From NCBI GenBank assembly GCA_037445915.1, contig JBBIJQ010000030.1:13374-23777 (forward strand): DNA of 10,404 nucleotides, given 5' to 3'. The stretch comes from Planctomycetales bacterium. GTDB lineage: Bacteria > 4484-113. Within the stretch, counting starts at the first letter, position 1. Every line of letters starts with the position of its first letter. Below, in pieces: positions 5,959 through 10,404 of the stretch. The notes beneath the pieces were generated by a model. The model was not told where the DNA came from. It ran no database searches and worked only from the letters and a program-made list of their open reading frames with translations. The position numbers and the translations under genes are program-made.

Positions 5959-7407
5959 ATGAACACGCAGCTTTTCTGGCGCAACCGCAGCCGTGACGAG
6001 ATGAAGGAGTATCAGCTCGTCAAGCTGCGCGCATTCCTCAGCAACAAAGTCCTGCCCTACAACGCCTTCTACCGCCACCGCTTTGAACAGGCGGGCTTGA
6101 AGCCTGAGAGGCTGCGTACCTTCGCCGACCTGCAGCGCATCCCGCTGATGGACAAGTCCGACTTCGTCGTGAGCGCCGAATCGCCGGATAACTATATGCG
6201 CGTCGTGCTCCAGCCGGACGAAAAGGCAATCTCAGAAACGCTGACGCTTGGCGCGAAGGCGAAGATGCTGCTTGCGGCAACCGGTGGGCGCAGCGTTCAA
6301 GACCAGGTGCTGGACGAATACTCGCCGGTGCACCTCACATTCACCACCGGCCGCAGCGCTAATGCCACGCCGGTCATCTATTCCAAGCTAGACATTGAAG
6401 TACTCAAGGCTGCGGCAAGGCGCATGTTCGCGCTGGCGGGCATCAGCCGCAAGCACGACCGCGCGATAAACGTGTTTCCCTACGCGCCGCACCTTGCATT
6501 CTGGCAAACGGTCTTTGCGGGGTTTGAGGCCGGGTTGCTGTGCGTCAGCACCGGCGGCGGACGCGCGATGGGCAGCCAGGGCGCGCTGCGCCTCATCGGC
6601 GCGATGAAGCCGACCGTGCTCATCGGCACACCTGGCTACGTCTATCACCTCATCCAGCTCGCGCAGGAAGCGGATATGCGCTTTCCGCATGTTCGCAGCA
6701 TTGTGCTGGGCGCGGAGCGCGTAAACGACGCCTACCGCGCGAAGCTCAAAGAGAACCTTGCGAACTGCGGCGCGGAGAATGTGCGCATCGTTGCGACATA
6801 CGGCATCACCGAAGCTAAGAAAGCGTGGATACAGTGCAGCGAGGAAGGCCGCATCGTGACCTACCCCGACATGGACATCTTTGAAATCATTGACCCTGCG
6901 ACCGGCAAGCAAGTCGCCGAGGGCGAGCCTGGCGAGTTGGTGCTGACGATGCTTTCTGGCAGCGGCTCTGTGTTCATCCGCTACCGAACCGGCGACATCG
7001 TTCAAGGCGGCGTCGTGTATGAATACTGCCCCGCTATCAACAGCCTCGCGCCCTTGCTGGACGTGAACATCAAGCGCGCCAGCGAGGTAAAAAAGGTAAA
7101 GGAAACGCTGCTTGACCTAAACGAGCTGCACGTGATGCTGCAGGGCATAGGCGAAATAGTTGAGTGGCAAGTTGAGCTGCGCAAGCACAACGACGACCCG
7201 CACGACCTTGACGAGATTTGGTTAAAGCTCGCGCTGAAACCCGGAGCGCCCGCCGACGAGATTGAGCGCCGTATCAACACGGAGATGCACGCGCGCTACG
7301 AGATTCGCCTTGACCGCTTCCTGTATTACAGCCGCGAAGACCTCGCGAAGCTGCTCAAGCTTGACGACGCGCCCAAGGAACTGCGGATTGTTGACTACCG
7401 CCCGTGA
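5959..7407 (+). CDS. Phenylacetate-CoA ligase / coenzyme F390 synthetase-like adenylate-forming enzyme
   Basis: FYRHRFEQAGL.P...DLQRIP..DK, P-loop-like FTTGRS, GTPGY, LGAE, TYGITE, EIIDPATGK.V.EGEPGELVLT, IRYRTGD, C-terminal K..RIVDYR. Confidence 0.88.
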   Translation: MNTQLFWRNRSRDEMKEYQLVKLRAFLSNKVLPYNAFYRHRFEQAGLKPERLRTFADLQRIPLMDKSDFVVSAESPDNYMRVVLQPDEKAISETLTLGAKAKMLLAATGGRSVQDQVLDEYSPVHLTFTTGRSANATPVIYSKLDIEVLKAAARRMFALAGISRKHDRAINVFPYAPHLAFWQTVFAGFEAGLLCVSTGGGRAMGSQGALRLIGAMKPTVLIGTPGYVYHLIQLAQEADMRFPHVRSIVLGAERVNDAYRAKLKENLANCGAENVRIVATYGITEAKKAWIQCSEEGRIVTYPDMDIFEIIDPATGKQVAEGEPGELVLTMLSGSGSVFIRYRTGDIVQGGVVYEYCPAINSLAPLLDVNIKRASEVKKVKETLLDLNELHVMLQGIGEIVEWQVELRKHNDDPHDLDEIWLKLALKPGAPADEIERRINTEMHARYEIRLDRFLYYSREDLAKLLKLDDAPKELRIVDYRP

Positions 7408-7413
7408 CGTTAC

Positions 7414-8154
7414 ATGACTACTGCGCGAAACGGACTGCTTTCCTTTGCGCTGACACCTGCAGTGGACGGTATGGCCGTCGTGGCATATTTATTCTTTGTG
7501 CCTGCGCTCGCGGCGATGTTCAACAAGCCAAACGTTCTTAACGGCTTCATCATCCTGTTCGGTTACGCTTGCCTCATCGTTGGCACGCGCATCATCCGCA
7601 TGCTCGGGCACACGCTGGATGCAGGGCCGAACCCCAAAAAGGTTTCCGACCTAAGCGGCTGCGGCGGGTTTCTCGGCTTTTCCTTTGGCATCTTTACGGC
7701 GACAGCCGCGCTGACTACATCCGGGCTTTTGGAAAACGAAGGTTTCACCAGGGCGACAAGCGGCGACGGCATTTGGTCGGGCATACTCATATGGGTATTC
7801 AGCCTGACATTACTCACATTCGTGGTTCTTTACCCTTTCGTCCTCATTCTTCCTGCCAAAACGCGCTTCCAAGCCAACAGTCCCGCTGTGCCGATGCTAC
7901 ACCTCCTTGGCGTTAGCCTGACAAACATCATGGTGCTCATTACTGTCGCGTTTTGGGAGGGGCTGTTTATGGGCGAAGAGCCTGCGGGAATGAGCGTCGG
8001 TTTTCGCATCTTAGCGCTCTTCGCGTTCTACCTTCTCTTCTTGATCTTCCAAGCGCCCCCTCGCATCCTTCTCTTCCTCCTTGAACGCAACATTTACGGG
8101 CTCATTTCGTTCCTCATCTCGCTGGCTATTTTTCTCTGGCCGTTGACAGCGTAA
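7414..8154 (+). CDS. Polytopic membrane protein (about 7 TM), unknown function
   Basis: 246 aa with repeated long hydrophobic segments; starts 6 nt after the upstream stop codon. Confidence 0.8.
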   Translation: MTTARNGLLSFALTPAVDGMAVVAYLFFVPALAAMFNKPNVLNGFIILFGYACLIVGTRIIRMLGHTLDAGPNPKKVSDLSGCGGFLGFSFGIFTATAALTTSGLLENEGFTRATSGDGIWSGILIWVFSLTLLTFVVLYPFVLILPAKTRFQANSPAVPMLHLLGVSLTNIMVLITVAFWEGLFMGEEPAGMSVGFRILALFAFYLLFLIFQAPPRILLFLLERNIYGLISFLISLAIFLWPLTA

Positions 8155-8184
8155 TACCCCTTTGAAATTACTTTGCGTTGGCCA

Positions 8185-8213
8185 TTGACAGGCTCTCGCG
8201 CTCACGGTATGAT
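8185..8213 (+). promoter_or_regulatory. Sigma70-type promoter TTGACA-17-TATGAT
   Basis: TTGACA at 8185-8190, 17-nt spacer, TATGAT at 8208-8213. Confidence 0.85.
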
Positions 8214-8217
8214 TTAC

Positions 8218-8248
8218 ACAGACTAGTCTGTATTACAGACTAGTCTGT
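8218..8248. promoter_or_regulatory. Tandem palindromic operator
   Basis: The perfect 14-bp palindrome ACAGACTAGTCTGT occurs at 8218-8231 and 8235-8248 (period 17), covering the predicted transcription start. Confidence 0.8.
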
Positions 8249-8281
8249 CTATTACGCTACAGCAGCTTTTCAGGGGTAACT

Positions 8282-8914
8282 ATGGAAAGGTTGATTGACA
8301 TCAAGGAAATAGAGCGCAGGGCTTACAGCCCTCTGCGTAACGATGGAGTTGAGGATATTTTGGCCGGGGTTGTCCTGTTTACCTTCGGCGCTCTTCTTAC
8401 TGAGCAAGGCTCGCCACCTATAGGTATTTTCTTCCTGCCCTTCGTCGCATGGTTCCTTCGCTTATTCGTCACCTTTCCTCGTGTTGGCTATCTGAAGCCG
8501 TCAAAGAGCAGTCCTTCCGAACGGCTGGCCATTACCCTACTTGCCGTATCTGGCTTCACCGCTACTGCCCTACTAGCGCTCATTATATTGAACAAGAAGT
8601 ACCCAACCTTGATGGCGTTTCAATTCCTGCCGGCAAGCGTGATGCATGCAGCGTTGGCTGCAGTACTCATCGTCTTCCTTTCCGCTATGGGATTCTACAG
8701 TGGCATGCGGCGCTGGTATTTATACGCCGTGCTTGCCGCTGTCTGCGCGGTGTTGACAATGTTCCTGCGAGGATGGCTGCCGGTGGATGGCATTGCTGCA
8801 TTCAGCGTGTTAATAACCATATGGGGAGTTGTCATGCTCGCACGCTTTGTGCGCAAGTATCCAGTACGCGAAAAGGAAGCAATTGAAGAACCCGCCGGAG
8901 GGAATGGGAAATGA
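8282..8914 (+). CDS. Membrane protein (about 6 TM) co-encoded with a wHTH regulator
   Basis: 210 aa; SD-like AGGGG upstream; DG..DI..G and VTFPRVGY motifs; ends RFVRKYP; stop overlaps the next start (ATGA). Confidence 0.85.
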   Translation: MERLIDIKEIERRAYSPLRNDGVEDILAGVVLFTFGALLTEQGSPPIGIFFLPFVAWFLRLFVTFPRVGYLKPSKSSPSERLAITLLAVSGFTATALLALIILNKKYPTLMAFQFLPASVMHAALAAVLIVFLSAMGFYSGMRRWYLYAVLAAVCAVLTMFLRGWLPVDGIAAFSVLITIWGVVMLARFVRKYPVREKEAIEEPAGGNGK

Positions 8915-9255
8915 CGATAGGCGGAAAGACACCCGAGATGCCCGCGCCGCCGGAGATTGACCGCATCGTCCACGAGCCTGCGCGCTATACAATAATGGCT
9001 TACCTCTACGTCGTGGAGAGCGCCGACTTCATATACCTGCTCCACCACACGCAACTCACCAAAGGTAACTTGAGCAGTCACTTGATGAAGCTTGAAGAAG
9101 CGGGATACGTAATAATTGAGAAGACTTTCGCTGACCGCATCCCCCGCACGCTGCTATCCCTTACGCCTGCCGGCCGCGCCGCCCTTGATGATTACCGCGA
9201 CAGCATCAAGCGTATGCTCAAAGGCCCCGGAAAGCCGCGCAAGATAAAGAAGTAG
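8911..9255 (+). CDS. Winged-helix transcriptional regulator (ArsR/MarR-like, HTH_34 type)
   Basis: IDRIVHEPARYTIMAYL...ADF..L.....LTKGNLSSHLMKLEEAGYV.IEK.F..RIPRT..SLTPAGR.A...Y; GGAGGG upstream. Confidence 0.92.
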   Translation: MTIGGKTPEMPAPPEIDRIVHEPARYTIMAYLYVVESADFIYLLHHTQLTKGNLSSHLMKLEEAGYVIIEKTFADRIPRTLLSLTPAGRAALDDYRDSIKRMLKGPGKPRKIKK

Positions 9256-9266
9256 GGGTTTCCGTA

Positions 9267-9275
9267 TGATACAAT
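9267..9275 (+). promoter_or_regulatory. Candidate extended -10 (TGATACAAT) for mscL
   Basis: TGn-TACAAT about 70 nt upstream of the ATG; strong SD AGGAGG at 9334-9339. Confidence 0.4.
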
Positions 9276-9345
9276 TCAAAGCGTTGTTTCATAACTGCAA
9301 ACACTGGTTATCTCGATACTGCATTATGTAGGAAGGAGGGCTACT

Positions 9346-9792
9346 ATGCTGAAGGAATTCAAAGAGTTCGCCTTGAAGGGCAGCGTCCTTGACCTCGCAA
9401 TAGGCATCATCATCGGCGGGGTGTTCACGCCGATTGTGAAGTCGCTGGTTGACGACATGATAATGCCGCTGCTTGGGCTGTTGTTGGGCAAGGTTGACTT
9501 TACGCAGCTTTACATCCTGCTTCACGCCGGGACGGAGCCTGCACCGTATGCCACGCTGGAAGCCGCCAAGGCCGCCGGCGCGGTCACCATTAACTACGGC
9601 GTGTTCATCAACACGATCGTCACGTTCGTGCTGGTGGCGTTCTCAGTGTTCCTGCTTGTGAAAGCTATCAACCGCTGGCGGCGCGAGCCTGCGCCCGCCG
9701 AGCCAACGACCAAAGCGTGCCCATACTGCATTACCGAAATCCCCATTGCGGCCACCCGCTGCCCCGCCTGCACCTCGGAATTGGGGGGGTAG
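9346..9792 (+). CDS. mscL: Large-conductance mechanosensitive channel with C-terminal zinc ribbon
   Basis: [61 protein letters not shown]; tail CPYC-x10-CPAC; SD AGGAGG. Confidence 0.96.
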   Translation: MLKEFKEFALKGSVLDLAIGIIIGGVFTPIVKSLVDDMIMPLLGLLLGKVDFTQLYILLHAGTEPAPYATLEAAKAAGAVTINYGVFINTIVTFVLVAFSVFLLVKAINRWRREPAPAEPTTKACPYCITEIPIAATRCPACTSELGG

Positions 9793-9817
9793 TTAGGCTT
9801 ACTGCTACACGCCGGAC

Positions 9818-9910
9818 GTGCGGCATTCTTGCCGCACTACTGAACAATACGCGAGACAGGAATGCCTCGCCTTCGGATAAGAAAGAGCTGGGCTGGTCAG
9901 CCCGGTCTAT
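9818..9910 (-). repeat. Array of three co-oriented REP-like hairpins
   Basis: Minus strand: ATAG-ACCGGGCT-GACC-AGCCCAGC (9910-9887; 21/24 identical to 3938-3961), GAAG-GCGAGGCA-TTCC-TGTCTCGC (9874-9851) and GTAG-TGCGGCA-AGAA-TGCCGCAC (9840-9818). Confidence 0.7.
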
Positions 9911-10037
9911 CCGGCTAATCTTACTGCCGCATGTTTCACTCAAGAACTAACCCCTCATCCCTAATCCCTCGCGCGCGCGTGCAGATACATAGGGCTGCTT
10001 GACTATAGTAAGAAGTGGTTTCGCCGAGCTGCCAATC

Positions 10038-10112
10038 TGGTAGCCCCAACGGGACTCGAACCCGTGTTTTAGCCTTGAGAGGGCTACGTCCTGACCGCTA
10101 GACGATGGGGCC
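10038..10112 (-). tRNA. tRNA-Glu (anticodon CUC)
   Basis: GGCCCCA TC GTCTAGCGGTCAGGAC G TAGCC-CTCTCAA-GGCTA AAAC ACGGG-TTCGAGT-CCCGT TGGGGCT A CCA: 75-nt cloverleaf with encoded CCA. Confidence 0.97.
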
Positions 10113-10122
10113 GTGAGGGGGG

Positions 10123-10150
10123 ATTATACCTAATTCGCGCCCAAGCGCAA
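10123..10150 (-). promoter_or_regulatory. tRNA promoter (TTGCGC-16-TATAAT, GC-rich discriminator)
   Basis: Minus strand TATAAT at 10128-10123 followed by CCCCCC, 10 nt before the mature tRNA; TTGCGC at 10150-10145. Confidence 0.6.
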
Positions 10151-10169
10151 CAGCCCCGCCGTCCGTCGC

Positions 10170-10178
10170 TGGTATAAT
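10170..10178 (+). promoter_or_regulatory. Extended -10 promoter (TGGTATAAT), leaderless configuration
   Basis: TGGTATAAT-ctcagcc-GTG ATG. Confidence 0.6.
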
Positions 10179-10185
10179 CTCAGCC

Positions 10186-10404
10186 GTGATGCACCATGCG
10201 CTTATATTTGCAGCGATAGTCGCGGCCGTGCTGAACGCCGGCTGCAAGCGCGCGCCCGACGTTAATGCGCCGCCCAAAGTCCCCAAGACGAAGTTCTCCC
10301 AGGAGCGCCTCAAATCCCCTCTGGGCGCGGATGGCATCCGCAAAGCCTGGGACACGCAAACGCGCCTGCACACGGTCTTCATCGGCCTTTACGATAAAAA
10401 GGAC
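10186..10404 (+). CDS. Putative lipoprotein, N-terminal part (runs off the window)
   Basis: Hand translation MMHHALIFAAIVAAVLNAG-CKRAPDVNAPPKVPKTKFSQERLKSPLGADGIRKAWDTQTRLHTVFIGLYDKKD is open to the edge; hydrophobic core plus lipobox-like LNAGC. Confidence 0.75.
   Translation, partial: MMHHALIFAAIVAAVLNAGCKRAPDVNAPPKVPKTKFSQERLKSPLGADGIRKAWDTQTRLHTVFIGLYDKKD

Noticed and set aside
8218..8248. CRISPR-like direct repeat
   Set aside because: Only two 14-bp copies with a 3-nt spacer and no cas genes; the position fits an operator.
9289..9950. Small ORFs overlapping mscL and the REP-like array (9289-9525, 9717-9950, 9731-9943)
   Set aside because: They overlap a confident gene or repeat hairpins and show no protein-like features.
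9793..10060. Genomic island integrated at the tRNA-Glu 3' end
   Set aside because: I saw no duplicate of the tRNA 3' end and no integrase in the window; the neighbouring gene is mscL.
10098..10382. Minus-strand 94-aa and 63-aa ORFs
   Set aside because: The longer one overlaps the tRNA and its promoter, and both are antisense to the better-supported plus-strand lipoprotein.

Overview
GC-rich bacterial chromosomal window of mostly housekeeping and envelope genes, with no integrase, transposase, CRISPR array or defence gene. From left to right: (1) a minus-strand lipoprotein running off the left edge and absent from the ORF track, with a dockerin-like double Ca-loop followed by a PKD-like domain; (2) cysS and a STAS anti-anti-sigma factor; (3) an orphan ABC ATPase with degenerate catalytic motifs; (4) a secreted hypothetical protein; (5) a GT4 glycosyltransferase, a PaaK/F390-like adenylating enzyme and a membrane protein; (6) a membrane protein plus winged-HTH regulator behind a near-consensus promoter with a tandem palindromic operator; (7) mscL with a C-terminal zinc ribbon; (8) tRNA-Glu(CUC); (9) a partial lipoprotein at the right edge. 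The non-coding DNA is the most structured part. It carries clusters of sequence-diverse GTAG/GTGG/GAAG+hairpin REP-like elements, including a nested 192-bp REPIN/MITE-like unit, plus heptamer runs and -10 boxes placed 6-8 nt before several start codons (likely leaderless mRNAs). I cannot demonstrate a complete novel system here. The best leads are the dockerin-bearing lipoprotein, the REP-like arrays and the operator/regulator/membrane-protein module.
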